A stretch of DNA of 64,000 bases from an uncultured Methanosarcinaceae archaeon (GCA_963733675.1 CAVTET010000001.1:352001-416000); one strand, 5' to 3'. Numbered from the stretch's first letter, positions 33,268 through 46,012 are shown. A program made the numbers and translations. The notes: a model not told the origin generated them from the letters alone.

Positions 33268-33510
33268 TTAGATGATGCTAGCGATAGCATCGGCTTTTTT
33301 AGGAAGGCCTATAAAAGCGACCTTCCCATCAATAATGGTTGTAGGAACTCCGACTATTCCATATTTATCTTTCAGTACCTGGCCCTGCGAAGTTTCCACA
33401 TCAACTTCCTCATACTCAAAATCATACTCTGACTTCATATCTTTCCAAAATCTGCGAGCTGATGGACATACAGTGCACCAGCTGGCATGAATAAGTGTAA
33501 CTTTAACCAT
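33268..33510 (-). CDS. Thioredoxin-family protein adjacent to trxB
   Basis: WCTVCP active site and GVPT cis-Pro loop; ATG at 33510. Confidence 0.9.
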   Translation of the reverse strand: MVKVTLIHASWCTVCPSARRFWKDMKSEYDFEYEEVDVETSQGQVLKDKYGIVGVPTTIIDGKVAFIGLPKKADAIASII

Positions 33511-33719
33511 GACAAAAGCACCTCTAGATAAAAGCACCTCTAAAAACTGTTATAATCTTTACTCTTTTCGGTATTTTTGATCTATTGCATTCAATTACCA
33601 GTTGGATTAAGGATAAATTTTGATGATCTCAGAAGATAATATAAAGCCTAAAAACTGTGATCATAAACTCATTGTACAAATCAATTTACATATATAAATA
33701 AGTTAAGCGTCAGTACTTC

Positions 33720-33960
33720 TTATTTGCTGTAGTTCCAAATGGCTACTATAAATTAGGTTACAATTTTCCCTTTAATAGTTCATAAAAAATTTTATCCATA
33801 AACCTTAATTCCATTTTATTGTAATAGTCTCTAGAAAATTCAATATTGTAGGGTTCTGAAATAGAAATTATGCATAGCCTTCACTAAACTATTTTGTATT
33901 TTTCTCCCGAGTATATTTTGGAGTAGATATCCATTATTCGAGCTCGAGGCGTTTGATCCC
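33720..33960 (-). repeat. Dispersed ~220-bp repeat, copy A
   Basis: Shares ACAAAATAGTTT, AATATTGAATTTTCTAG, AATGGAATT and GGAACTACAGCAAAT with 57735-57975; colinear with 63278-63490. Confidence 0.65.
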
Positions 33961-34132
33961 TTTCTTGATCTAATTTATTTGAGTAATTCATAAATAATTT
34001 TAATAGGATATTGCATAATGTCCCAATTTAGTTTTTGATCCGACGTTCCATAAATGTATATAGATATATATAAATATAGAATTTGTTTGCCTATTGCCTG
34101 CTATTAATCGTTGAAAGTTGGATTATTTGTTA

Positions 34133-34221
34133 GATGATTTTGATAAAATCCCCTACATTTTGTTATATCCATATATATCAGTATATATGCTCGTGAAAAT
34201 CAGAGTTGTATCGAAATCCTC
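34133..34221 (-). mobile_element. MITE-B copy
   Basis: GATGATTTTGATAAAATCCCC ... GAAAATCAGAGTTGTATCGAAATCCTC. Confidence 0.7.
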
Positions 34222-34563
34222 TTTAAGCTATTTCATATTGAGAAAATGGATAACATTCTTATTTACAACTGCGAAAACTTGGCTGGATAAAAAAACACCC
34301 TCTATTAAATATTTTTTTATTTACTTTATGCCAGAATTATTTTGCTCTTCAATCTATTTGTAAGCAATATCAAACTTTACTTTTTGACTCCTAGATCAAC
34401 ATATCATAAAACAAAAAACATAACTAATTTTGATTTTAGGGTCCATCTTTCAGGTTTTTAGATTAAGGCCTCAAAGTGAACTTTCTAAATATCAATCATA
34501 ATATTGTAACCGGAAACAAGTATATTTATAAGTGGTGAGTAGTAAAAATGCAGGAGAAAATAA

Positions 34564-35202
34564 TTGATAGATGAAAAACTTGGATTTTTAATCTATACAT
34601 TCACAACCATCCTTGTTGTTGTCAGCCCCATCAGTGGAGTTGTGACTTTCATCTCCCTGACAAATGAGATGACAAATGAGAAAAAAAATGAAATTGCAAA
34701 AAAGTCCGTTACAATTGCATGCATAATTGCTCTTTTTTTTGCAATTACAGGAAACATGATGCTGAATCTGTTCAGCATCAGTGTGGATTCACTGCGAGTT
34801 GCAGGAGGAATCCTTCTTTTCAGCATTTCTTTTGATATGATGCATGCTAAGGTCTCAAGGGGGAGCATTACCGAAGAAGAAATATCTCAATCCCAAGAAC
34901 GTGAAGATATATGGATATTTCCGATAGGTCTTCCGCTTCTGACTGGGCCAGGTACGATCAGTACAGTGATTGTCCTGATGGGAGGAGCACAAAATATTGA
35001 GCAAAAAATAATGGTTATTGCATCGATCATATTAACTTTTGCCGTATGTAGTTGCGTCTTCCTATTCTCAAGAAGTATTCATAAGTTGATTGGGTATAAC
35101 GGAATGCTAGTTTTTACACGACTAATGGGACTTTTGCTTGCAGCTCTTGCAGTGCATCTAACTGCCACAGGAATAATAAATATTTTTAAGATAACAGTTT
35201 GA
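34564..35202 (+). CDS. MarC-family membrane protein
   Basis: SLRVAGGILLF, FPIGLPLLTGPGTI, TRLMGLLLAALAV. Confidence 0.9.
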   Translation: MIDEKLGFLIYTFTTILVVVSPISGVVTFISLTNEMTNEKKNEIAKKSVTIACIIALFFAITGNMMLNLFSISVDSLRVAGGILLFSISFDMMHAKVSRGSITEEEISQSQEREDIWIFPIGLPLLTGPGTISTVIVLMGGAQNIEQKIMVIASIILTFAVCSCVFLFSRSIHKLIGYNGMLVFTRLMGLLLAALAVHLTATGIINIFKITV

Positions 35203-35701
35203 GACAGTCATATGGGTAAATGTATAGTTATGGAACAATAATCTAAAATATTCATTCTAATTGTGTATTAAAAAGTTATAGTGAATTGCAAAACTTTTTG
35301 GCAGTGTACATACAGTTCTGTTGAATCTGATCGTCTCTGTATCCTTTTTCTTTCACTGCAAAAAGTAGGATGTAGAGCCAATAGTTAATATCTTCTCATT
35401 CATAAAAGATTCTCTTTTCGATCACAAAAACGAAATTTACCATCTAATGAATTGGTTTTTAAACCTTGTAATGGAAAGGAAGATCTTCATGGACCGTAGG
35501 CAGTCAATCTAACATCATAAATCCAAGGAGTTCTATTCCACAACTGCAAATACATTATCCAAGTTTAGTACATTTCCAACAGTAGGACTAACAATTAAAA
35601 ACTTCAACACAAGTAGTTGAATTCATAATTTAATATTTAACTTTATATATGGAACTAATAACATGTCTAAGAAACACTATTTTCACAGGAGTAGTTCCTT
35701 T

Positions 35702-36556
35702 GGTTCCGTTGCAAAAAATCCTTTCTAATGATACAATAGAATAAAAAGAAAACCAAAGATAGTAACATGCTATCTAATTCCTTTAAATGGAAGCATTATG
35801 AAGGGGAAATTATCTTATTGAATGTAAGATGGTACTTAAAATATGCATTAAGTTATAGAAATTTAAAGGAAATGATGGCAGAAAGGGGAGTAAAAGTCGA
35901 CCATACAACAATCATGAGATGGATACATCAATATTCCCCTGAAATAGAAAAGAAGATAAGAAGACATTTAAGACCAACAAATGATTCGTGGAGAGTTGAT
36001 GAAACCTATATCAAAGTAAAAGGTAAATGGAAATATTTTTACCGAGCAGTTGACTCAAATGGAGATACAATTGATTTCATGTTAAGTTCAAAACGAGATA
36101 GAAAGGCAGCGAAGAGATTCTTTAAGAAAGCTTTAAGTTCTAATCATAATCAAATTCCAAGATTAATAACCGTTGATAAGAATCCAGCTTATCCACCTGC
36201 TATAGGTAAACTGAAAAATGATAAAATACTACCTAAAAACGTAGGCATTAGACAAATCAAGTATTTGAATAACATTATAGAACAAGATCATAGATTTATA
36301 AAGCGAATCGTTAATCCAATGTTAGGATTTCAGTCTTTTCAATCTGCTAATAAGACTTTAAAAGGAATTGAAGCTATGAATATGATCAAAAAAGGACAAG
36401 TCAATAATTTAAATTACTCTGTTCTTAATGAAGTCAAATACATTAATCAATTGTTTGGTATAGTTTTATAATGTTAGTGCATTTTCTTTGAATATTCTGA
36501 TTTTTATTCATTACTTATAGATTTACATATTTTTTTGAATTTTTTGCAACGGAACC
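35702..36556 (+). mobile_element. IS6 copy 4 with intact transposase (35767-36471)
   Basis: Both TIRs; 234-aa ORF; no TSD. Confidence 0.95.
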
Positions 36557-38800
36557 AATAAAAGAATTATGTTGAATAATTTAAACTTTACCTTTTATAA
36601 GATACATAGGTCACAGTAATTTTTGGATAGGTTCTTAGTTCTCAGAACACTGATTTTCAGATTTCCCCCAGAAAAATAAGTTAACTTATGTTTTGCCAAA
36701 ATCTAGATTAATGCTTTAAAGGCAAAATAATTAATTAAAATTCCTCATTTAATCTAAAAATTACTTTTAAAGCTACTTAATTAGTACTGCTAAAAGATTT
36801 TGGAATACGAGGCTTAATCGTCGCTGAAAGTCTCATGGAATGACTTAGAACCTATTCAAAAACTAAATAATTATATTCTATAATATTTATAATTTATCTA
36901 CAGCCCCCAGAACACCACACCCAGAACACCGCAGATACATTATATTGGAATAAGTACTCAGTTATTTGGAATAAAAACCGGGAATACACTATATTTGTAC
37001 AATGCTCAAGGAGAATTCATTGGTAAGGGAATGAGACATCGGCCATCAGTGAGATGAGAAATTCTCATTTCAACTTTTTTGATAATACTCAGATAAACCG
37101 AAGGTACCAGCATTGCCAACTGATTTTTGAACGACACCCTCTGTTAAAAATAGTAGTTCAAGCTGCAGTATAGAGATACCAGTAACTTGAGAAACTATCT
37201 GTCAGTGAGTTCCTGACAATATTTTATTTTGAGGTACATAAAAATAAAAATGAAGGAGACGTCTACAGCGTTGGGGTATTATCTATCAGTAAGCTCCGTG
37301 ACAGTTTTTCATTTTCAGACACATAACTACACTAAAACATTTTATTCCAAGATTTATGTCATAATAAATTTATGGATCATAATATATTAGCTGAATATGA
37401 TTAAATATATGTTTTTTGCACATGCACCATATATTAATCAATATAATTAAATATTGGAACATGTACGTAATCCTCATCTCATGAACCATGACAGCAGAAG
37501 TCTCAAATCTAAAGACGTTAATGGGTTGAAAATTATCTTTCAAGAGAAGCCAATTATTCAGCTAGCGAAAAACATTCTCAATAGTGCCTTCACTAAGATT
37601 AGTTGAGCAAATTTTGGTGGGCTGATTTTTATTTTATCATTTCTTTGAGCTCGTATAATCTCTTTGGTGCCTTATATCAAGTCTGCTTCAAGAAAAGAAA
37701 CAAAGCGAATATTCCAATCAAGATACCCAAAAATGCAACTCCAATAATGACTTTAACTACAAGATGTATTGCTTGCTTTATCTTAATTTTATCATCAAGC
37801 ATACAAATAACAACCGCAGCGTCTTCGAAAGCCATCAATTACTTAGCTTTTTATCAATTAAGTAATCAGACTGATCTCATATATCAAAAAGTTGATTTTG
37901 CGAGCTGCAGGTGAAGAGATGCCTGCAGCTGGATGGAAAGTCTATTTTAAGGTACTTGCATACCTATAATTCATAAATAGATTTAATTTGTTATATGCTT
38001 TTTGCATATATCCCAGATAGTACTAACTTAAACTAATTAGTACGAAAATTATGTAGTCCTATATAATGAATTATAACAGACCGACACCTTTCCCCGCCCA
38101 TCAAAAATGACTTAATTTCAGCCCCTACAGTAGGTTTTTGAATATTCATTAGGACAGAAACCCTATCTGACTCAAGAAAATGCCAAAAAGAGCCCCAAAG
38201 TTGTCCATCTTTTGACTTAATAATCGAATCCTTGGCGATATATCAGAAAAGGAAGGAAATACTGAATAAAATGGTAACACATATCAATCTAAAAAAATAA
38301 AACCATATTCCTATAAACACCTAATGCTTTTGCGATATCTGTATTTCTTTTGTGTTTGTTTGCTAGGAGTAGGATACTTGCTATGGTTAGTTCTCTTGTA
38401 ATTTTATATCCTTTTCTCACAAAGTCCATAAGGAAAGTTACATCATGATTTTAAAATTCAAAATAGAGTATAAAGATTTAAAAGAGATTCATAGCTTCTA
38501 AAGATGACAAATAATGAAATTGTTGAGACACTAAAAGAAATAGAATAATAGTTATAACAATACACATAAAAATAACAGTTACAATTGAAATTATGAACCT
38601 GAGCTATGGGATAGGTTATGCAGTTCTTAAATAGAACTGGAAGGTCAATAATGTCAAAATTTACCTAGCACAAACTCGGAATTTCATTTTTTGGCACCAT
38701 CATCAAAAAATTAAAAAATTTCAATCAGTTTACCTGAGTGAACATTTCAGGTACATAATTACGTTATTAAGGACTATCCACTATAAAGAAGGCATCTGTA

Positions 38801-39355
38801 ATGAAAATAGTAAAATTTATTGCCGGAATACGATTCTTTGGGTTAATCCCAGTTATTGGGTTGGCGACTGCAGCTTGTATTCTGTTCATTAAAGGCGGCA
38901 TTGATCTGATTTACTTGCTAGTAGAATTGGTTGCTGAAATAACAAAGACAGGTACAAAAGGTGTCATTATTGTTGGATTTGTGGAGACTGTTCATTTCTT
39001 TTTAATTGGCACGATACTTTTTCTCACTTCACTTGGTTTTTACCAATTGTTTTTCCAGGTGCTTCCTTTACCGGAGTGGCTGAAGATGAATAACATTGAG
39101 GAGATGGAATTGAGTTTAGTAGGACTTACTGTAGTAGTGCTGGGAGTCAACTTTTTAAGCGTGATTTTTGAACAGCAAGAAATCAACCTGGCTATCTATG
39201 GAATTGGCTACTCTTTACCTATAGCAGCACTGTCTTATTTTATGAAGATATGTTCTGATATTAGAAATAATGAGAGTAAGCACCCGATGGCAATCGAGGA
39301 GCTATTCTCTAAAACTAGTGAACCCAATCAGTCATGGATGAAAAAAGGATATTGA
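38801..39355 (+). CDS. YqhA/UPF0114-family membrane protein
   Basis: VETVHFFLIGTILFLTSLGFYQLF and LPEWL motifs; four TM helices. Confidence 0.8.
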   Translation: MKIVKFIAGIRFFGLIPVIGLATAACILFIKGGIDLIYLLVELVAEITKTGTKGVIIVGFVETVHFFLIGTILFLTSLGFYQLFFQVLPLPEWLKMNNIEEMELSLVGLTVVVLGVNFLSVIFEQQEINLAIYGIGYSLPIAALSYFMKICSDIRNNESKHPMAIEELFSKTSEPNQSWMKKGY

Positions 39356-39777
39356 AAAATGAGGACATGTACAGATGCTTCTGTAAATTTTGAATGGATT
39401 TGTACCCTTTGTCTTCATCACAAAATACAGAGTTCATTGAGTTCATTATACATTTATTTTAGGAAAATCTACACATCATTTTTTTTGGACTTGATTTATT
39501 ACCTTAAAATGTAGTTTTTTTGTAATTGCATCGGAATCTAGAATAAAAGTTTTCCTGTTGAATAGCTGCCTTGGAAGTTAAAATATTGATTTCATGATGT
39601 ATCTTCGAAAATTTTAATAGAGTAACCAGTTAATATTTATGCAAAGTTTATTTTGATAAGTTTAAAAATATAATTTCTCAGTAGAAAAGTTTACTTTGTA
39701 GAACGAAGTATTATCAATTTGTATTATTGAAGTTATTTTTCATCATTAATACCAAAACCAATTTCAAGAGGCAGATA

Positions 39778-40404
39778 ATGAACAAATTTACATGTAATAA
39801 AGCTAGCAGAGGGTATATACTCGTAAAGGCTTTAGGAATCACTATGCTGGTGCTTTTTATTCTATTGAGTCACGCAGGTGCAACGCAGGATTCAGATACT
39901 CGGTTCAAAAAGGGACTCAATCTATCGAAATTAGGACATGCAGATGAAGCAATAAAAGCATATGAAAAAACAATGATTCAGGATTCAGATGATTGGAAAA
40001 ATGAAGTAGTTGCTCTGGATAATTTAGATAAATCTGATGAAGTAATAAATCTATATGGAAAAGCAAGTGAAATAAACCCGCAGGATTCAATAGGTTGGTA
40101 CAATAAAGGAAGTGCACTATATAAATTAAATAAATTCGATGAAGCAATAAAAGCATATGACAAAGCAATTGAAACTAACCCGCAGAATTCAGATGCTTGG
40201 AACAATAAAGGACGCGCTTTATATAAGTTGAATAAATTCGATGAAGCAATAAAAGCATATGACAAAGCGATTGAAATTAACCCGCAGAATTCAGATGCTT
40301 GGAACTATAAAGGACTTGCTCTTGGTAAATTAAACAATCATGAAGATGCAATGAAAGCATATGACAAAGCAAGTGAAATTGCTCAGCAAAAATCAAAAGC
40401 TTGA
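39778..40404 (+). CDS. Secreted TPR-repeat protein
   Basis: Signal peptide ending SHAGA; AIKAYDKAIEINPQNSDAW repeats; near-identical 102-bp internal duplication. Confidence 0.85.
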   Translation: MNKFTCNKASRGYILVKALGITMLVLFILLSHAGATQDSDTRFKKGLNLSKLGHADEAIKAYEKTMIQDSDDWKNEVVALDNLDKSDEVINLYGKASEINPQDSIGWYNKGSALYKLNKFDEAIKAYDKAIETNPQNSDAWNNKGRALYKLNKFDEAIKAYDKAIEINPQNSDAWNYKGLALGKLNNHEDAMKAYDKASEIAQQKSKA

Positions 40405-40426
40405 AACAATTAAGTAAAAGTTTTAA

Positions 40427-40516
40427 GAAAATTTTGATAGACTTCAATATTTAATAATTATGCTTATAATGGTATATCGATCATTCTTGAAAATCAGAAG
40501 TTTATCGAAATTTTTC
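40427..40516 (-). mobile_element. MITE-B copy with TAA TSD
   Basis: TAA|GAAAATTTTGATAGAC ... GTTTATCGAAATTTTTC|TAA; 22 bp after the TPR stop. Confidence 0.75.
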
Positions 40517-41732
40517 TAAATAAAAAGCACAATCAATGGAGACCATTTGAGGTAGTCAGCTCATCTAAATTTACCAATTGAATCTTAATAAAGATGGCTT
40601 AATGTTGTTTTAATCAGGCTGAATAGTTACAAAAAAACTAGTGTTTGACCAACTTTCTAAAGTAAAAACACTCCATGACACAAAATTAGACCATAAGATC
40701 CTCAAAACCTTAAAACAGGAGTATTCTACCCTTTTTGAAAACCCTTATGAAGATAAAATTTTTCCAAAAATCACCTAAAGCTCTTTAAATTGCTCATAAG
40801 GTAATTAGTCTAGTCATATCCTAAATGGCCAACAAAGAGTATGAAAATCAATAATCTACTTGGAAATTTTTCTGGTGAAGATCCATGAAGGTTAACTACA
40901 TAATTTAACAAGTAGCCTGAAAATTGATGCAAAGGGTGACAATTTTTTATCATCTATGAAGTACTTATTCTTTTTTTGCATTTTTGCAAAATATAAGCAG
41001 AATACAGAAATGATGTAAATATTTTTCACTGTTCTTAGCATTACTTGCTAAAATCATACAAATTATAATTAAAAGCAAGTAAAGTTATGTTTTTTATAAT
41101 TAATTTCAATCTCTACATAACTCAGTTCCGAAATTAAGTGATTGGCGTAAAACTGAAAAAAATCACTAGATTTTGAAATTGGATACAATCCTTTGAAAAT
41201 ATCCTCATGATTGAAGCCTTGAGGTATCAATATTAAGAAGAATACTCTTTTCTGCAAATTTAGTCCATGAATCAGAAGTCACTGGATTGTAAACCATAGT
41301 CACTTTTAAAAATATTGTATTTAAAAAAATACAAATATCTTGGGGAGAAATATTGTTTTTCAGTGTCAACATAAAGGTGTATAGGATCACCATCATTTAG
41401 ATGGCATCAAAATCAGAAAAATACATTCTACCAAGTTCAAAGAGTATATCTTTTAAATAGTTGTGGATATGATTATGTAAAATAAATTGAGTATAATATT
41501 TCATATAAAAAAACTATTTTATATCTTATTTGGCAGATAAAATCGTTTTTATAGCGCATTTGAATTTATTTAGTGCCTAAATAATTTCAAATACTAAATA
41601 ATTTTAAATAACTTTATAATATAAATATTGAAATTTAAGCCAAGAAGCATTGTATAATCATGGAAAGCACAAAAAAGATGAAAAGTTACTCAAATATTTT
41701 TTTTCTTCCATGCTTGCCGTGGTTCAACTCTA

Positions 41733-41821
41733 GAGAATTTTGGTAAATCTCGATTTTTGATTGGTTGTTTATAAGGTATATAATAGCAATTTGTTGAAAT
41801 CGAAGGTTTATCAAAATTTTC
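41733..41821 (+). mobile_element. MITE-B copy with CTA TSD
   Basis: CTA|GAGAATTTTGGTAAATC ... GGTTTATCAAAATTTTC|CTA. Confidence 0.75.
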
Positions 41822-42064
41822 CTAAGATTAGTAGAGGTACATGTGTACGGAGGAAAATCCATGATTCTAATTTTTTGAAAGTGTTAACATTTACTGTGAT
41901 GATTCTAATTTTTTGTTGAAACAGTAATGGTTTAATACTATTGTTTCCTCGGTTTAACTGCATAAGTTCTATAATATATACATAACTTATGCCGATGGAA
42001 GTGCATCTAAGAACCAGCTTAAACTCACATCAAATTGAGAAAACGAATCTGAAGTTTATATTAA

Positions 42065-42582
42065 ATGGGAAAACTAGCATTTGAAAGAAGAATAAATACA
42101 CTAGTTATTTTGGTGGTATTTTTTTGTAATAATTTCAATGACAGCTAGTAAGTGCCGCAGATGAAATACAACATCTGCACAAAGGCGGACACCACCCAAA
42201 GAGGACATCATTTCCACAACTGGCATGACCCCCACCATCACACCACCTTCATGACCGCTACAACAATGGTGTTTACTACGCGAACTCTGAGTGTACATAT
42301 AATCCTGTTACTCTAGTGTGGGATTGAATCCACGTGCCCATCGTAGAAGAAGTACAACCTGTCATAGAAGAGGTATAACCCGTTGTAAAAAAACCAATTA
42401 TAGCAACAAAACCCGCTGTGGTAACATCTAATTTAGCAAAATCAGTCGCATCGAGACCATCTTCAACAAAACAAGTTGCAGCAAAACATGCTATAGGAAC
42501 ACCCAGTTTAGCAACACCCGCAATACCTACAACACCCGGTTCAATAACCGATGTAACAATATGGATCTTTTGGTACAACTGA
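42065..42582 (+). pseudogene. Decayed secreted His-rich / Pro-Thr-Ala-rich protein
   Basis: MGKLAFERRINTLVILVVFFVIISMTA..VSAADEIQHLHKGGHHP..GHHFHNWHDPHH, then VEEVQPVIEEV and ATPAIPTTPG; frameshifts and stops. Confidence 0.6.
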
Positions 42583-43176
42583 TGGATCATATTTCTGATG
42601 AGGAATGAAGAGAAATGTTGGAGACAAAACTGCGAAAAGACCTGGGTAGATTTCCACATGCATTTTTTAATTTTTACTTTCAATTTTTTCATCCTAAAAC
42701 AGTTTTGCTTCAAGAATGGTTTCATTTATTATTACATTGGATTGCTATGTAGTTTCATAGATTCTTACCCCGCATGAAATAAAAGCAATGTTGCGAATTT
42801 ACTGTAAATTCAAAGTCAAGTTTCTATTTACTGTTTTTAATTTGTTTTTCCGAAAAGGGTTCCCTACGTAATAATTTTTTAATATTTGTGATTTTACATA
42901 ACTTCCAGTAAACTGCCGAATTTTGGGGCAAGTATAAATACATATAAAATGTCGCATTATTTAAAATGATGACTATAAGTTGCTGTAAATCATATATTAT
43001 TTTTATTACTTTCGGTTTGTATCTTTTGCGTGTCTTGTTTATCCCTTATGTCATTATATACATTTTTTGATTCTCTACATCCATCATTTAATACACCCGC
43101 AATATTTTGATCCAATTCGAAACCTATAAGTTTTCCGGCTTTTTCAGTCCATACTTATTAAATAGACACTGTTGAC

Positions 43177-43326
43177 GGTTCTGGTACAAAAATAATATTT
43201 CCGCAGTTTGATACTATAATTCTTACCTTTGTGTATCATTTTTCCCTTTATGATATTGATTGAATTTCCTAATTGTGAATTTTTTCATTGATTTTGCAAC
43301 AAAGCCAGATTTTTTGCACCAGAACC
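43177..43326 (-). mobile_element. Diverged MITE-A copy 4
   Basis: 150 bp; both TIRs read GGTTCTGGT(A/G)CAAAAA; body colinear with MITE-A. Confidence 0.85.
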
Positions 43327-43379
43327 AGTTTTTTTCTATAAAAACCGTGCATTAGTTAAAATGATGAATCCTATTTTTC

Positions 43380-44420
43380 TGTCGAAGTGTAGTCATGTAG
43401 TGTATTGGTAATAGCTGCAATGATAATTCCAAGAAAAAGCCAAGTAAAGAGTCCTTCTCAAGTGCGACCAATTTCTTGAAACTATCTCTTGGACGTCAGT
43501 CATCATGGCTCAAAAAAGTACAACGGGCGATGATATAGAAAGTCATATCAGATATATCGTTTGATTCTGATTATTATCCCTTACAATGCCAGGGTTCTTC
43601 AAAGCAAAAGATAGTATTTTATCACTGTTTTTATCCCAATATATATTCAAAGTTAATCTTTTCCAATCTATAAGGTTTACATATAGAAGAGAAAATAAAG
43701 ATATAATGAAAATACCAAAAAAAATAGTATATAATGGGTATACTCCAAAACCACAGGTGACAAAAAAATAGAATCCTTCATAAATGATGCAAACTCACGT
43801 CTGAAGTTCCTCCATTCTTTCGGATTCGGATAGAAAATATCCTAAAATTCCTGTTTTAGATCCGCGTATCGATAGTTATAATATACAATATTTGCATAAT
43901 CCTATAGCTTGTGATCAGTATAATATCTTGAAAATATATGAAGGTTGTTATTATCCAAAATGAGTTTTCCGGGTGCATCTGGCCCTGAGAATTCTGGAGT
44001 GGCTACAAATTTTGTCCCCCTAAAGTTAGTACATTTTTAAAAGTTGTTCCATCGAGGTAAGTAGAATTCATAAAAATTGAGTCATTGAAATAAGCAGAAT
44101 TATTAAAAGTCGAGTTATAGAAGAAAGCATAATCATAAAATCTCGTCCTAGTGAAGCCGGCATAATTATTAAAAGTAGAATCCTTAGCACTATAGGCTGT
44201 CAGTAACGTAAGTTGGATCTTGTCTGTCATGTTCGGCCTCCTTTTTTGAAGTCACTCTTTATACATAGTACTTAAGTTGCTCAAACTTCCATCTAAATTC
44301 TGTAAATATCTGAAAAACATAGAATGCTTCGATTTTCAAATTAATACTTCCGGTGAAATAATTATGGTACCTTCAAATAGAATACTATGAAACAGTTTTG
44401 GATTAGTATCCTCTGTCTTA
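43380..44420 (-). pseudogene. Decayed pentapeptide-repeat protein with a C-terminal membrane (channel-like) region
   Basis: STFNNYAGF, STFNNSAYF and SIFMNSTYL repeats, then CGFGVYPLYTIFFGIFIISLFSLLY; many stops. Confidence 0.6.
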
Positions 44421-44617
44421 AATTATCCCCTCATTTTTTAAATTAATTATACAAAAAATAACTACAAATTACTATAAAATAATTTGAAGTATAGGCAGGC
44501 AGGATAATTAAAAGGCAGGTAAGATTATTATCTTCAATTATCAAACACTTACCATTTACAAGAATAATCTGTTGGAGGACTGATTTAACTTCAATTAAAT
44601 TGGTTTGATTTGATCTT

Positions 44618-44974
44618 CTAATAATTTTTGACCTTTGAGTGTAATATTCTATTTTCTACCACTATTAGATTAACTTCTGCATCCAGTACTTTGTTTATTG
44701 CTTCTTCACGTTTTGTTTCTGCTTTCCTTATTAAGTCTCCAATACTTTGGATTTGTGAATCTAATTTATTGGTGTTTGCATCCAATTTTTTAGATTGTGT
44801 TTGTATAATCTTAGCTTCTGCTAATGTCCTCAGATTATTAGCAGCATTTATTAAATCCTCGAAATACTTGACTTTTTCCATTTCTATATTGAGCTCTGCT
44901 TTTATTTTTTCAAACTCTTCTTCGTCAATCTTTCTGTTACGTTCTTGTTTTTCGATGTCATTTTCTGTATTCAT
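44618..44974 (-). CDS. Small coiled-coil hypothetical protein
   Basis: 118 aa, E/K-rich heptad pattern; GAGGT RBS upstream. Confidence 0.55.
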   Translation of the reverse strand: MNTENDIEKQERNRKIDEEEFEKIKAELNIEMEKVKYFEDLINAANNLRTLAEAKIIQTQSKKLDANTNKLDSQIQSIGDLIRKAETKREEAINKVLDAEVNLIVVENRILHSKVKNY

Positions 44975-45223
44975 TTATATAACCTCTCATTTTTTTTACG
45001 CTGTTAGTTAATATTTAAATATTTCCAGATTCTTGGATTTTAGCTTTCGGTGAATTTGACTACTTTTTGTTGCTTTATACTCCTCGGTGTGTTTTCTGTG
45101 TAGGCTGAGCTGGTTAATGCCATATTCCCCTATTCTTTACTACTATACGTGAACTTTCCTTTCAATTTTGGAGTAAAATTCATTTGTATTCAGTTAGTAT
45201 ACTAAATACCAAAAAACAAATAT

Positions 45224-45433
45224 TTATATGAATAGCGATGTTCTCACTATTGTTCCATAAAACTTGTTCAGTCTTTCAAGAGCTTTGCCCTCAATATGCG
45301 TTGATATTAGTCGGAAGAGAACATATTTTTCTGGTTTTAATAGTTTCACCAATTTTTGTGATAAAATTACCACAAATAAGACTGCCAAAATAATTAATTC
45401 CTTTTTAATTTTGTCGAATGTTTGTTTTTGTAT
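45224..45433 (-). pseudogene. Probable third member of the secreted-leader family, start codon lost
   Basis: (I)QKQTFDKIKKELIILAVLFVVILS resembles the leaders at 3599 and 42065; ATA where ATG is expected. Confidence 0.35.
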
Positions 45434-45924
45434 ATATTATGCACTCTATATACTCTTTGAGATATCTTTGATTCAATTGATCTGTCAATAAATTAATCGG
45501 CAGATAAAGTTGATGATTAATTTCCCAATAAAGTGATATATATTTATTGCGGAAAGAATATTATATTGATATTAAAGTTGTATCTTTGACCAATTATTAT
45601 TTGGATCATACAGGACCACAGTCTTCCAAACAATTCTTTATTCACATATCTACCAATTATTTCTCATTTTTGACTGATTAATTTTAGTTAAAATATAAAA
45701 TAATCCCCTTAGTTATTTTTAATTAATTGTGCGAAAAATAGCTTCGGAATAAAAATTACTTTTACATAAAATGTTTTAACCTTGAACAACAATTTGATAT
45801 TAATGACGTTTTATTATTCCAAAATACATTCTAAAATTTAGCATTGAGTTCTTTCTAAAAAGCAATGTAGATTCATTTCATATCAAATTCTGGTTGTGTT
45901 CTTGAGCCATCCATGAGTCATTAT

Positions 45925-46012
45925 AATGGATTTAAAGAAACCCCTAAATTTCGCACTATGCTTATGAATGAACATAACTTACACGTGAAAATCAAAGGTT
46001 CATCGAAATCTC
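45925..46012 (-). mobile_element. MITE-B copy (diverged)
   Basis: AAACCCCTAAATTTCGC ... CGTGAAAATCAAAGGTTCATCGAAATCTC. Confidence 0.65.

Noticed and set aside
36620-37330. IS5-like end fragments and a possible decayed ORF
   Set aside because: The ends face outward and no protein motif was recognisable.
40600-41420. Coding-like degraded tract (similar tracts at 35230-35700, 38040-38350 and 57100-57400)
   Set aside because: Probably pseudogenes, but no family could be assigned without BLASTx.
41861-41915. 17-bp direct repeat ATGATTCTAATTTTTTG, twice
   Set aside because: AT-rich with only two copies; could be a local duplication.
42276-42725. 149-aa minus-strand ORF
   Set aside because: Antisense shadow of the decayed plus-strand secreted-protein gene.
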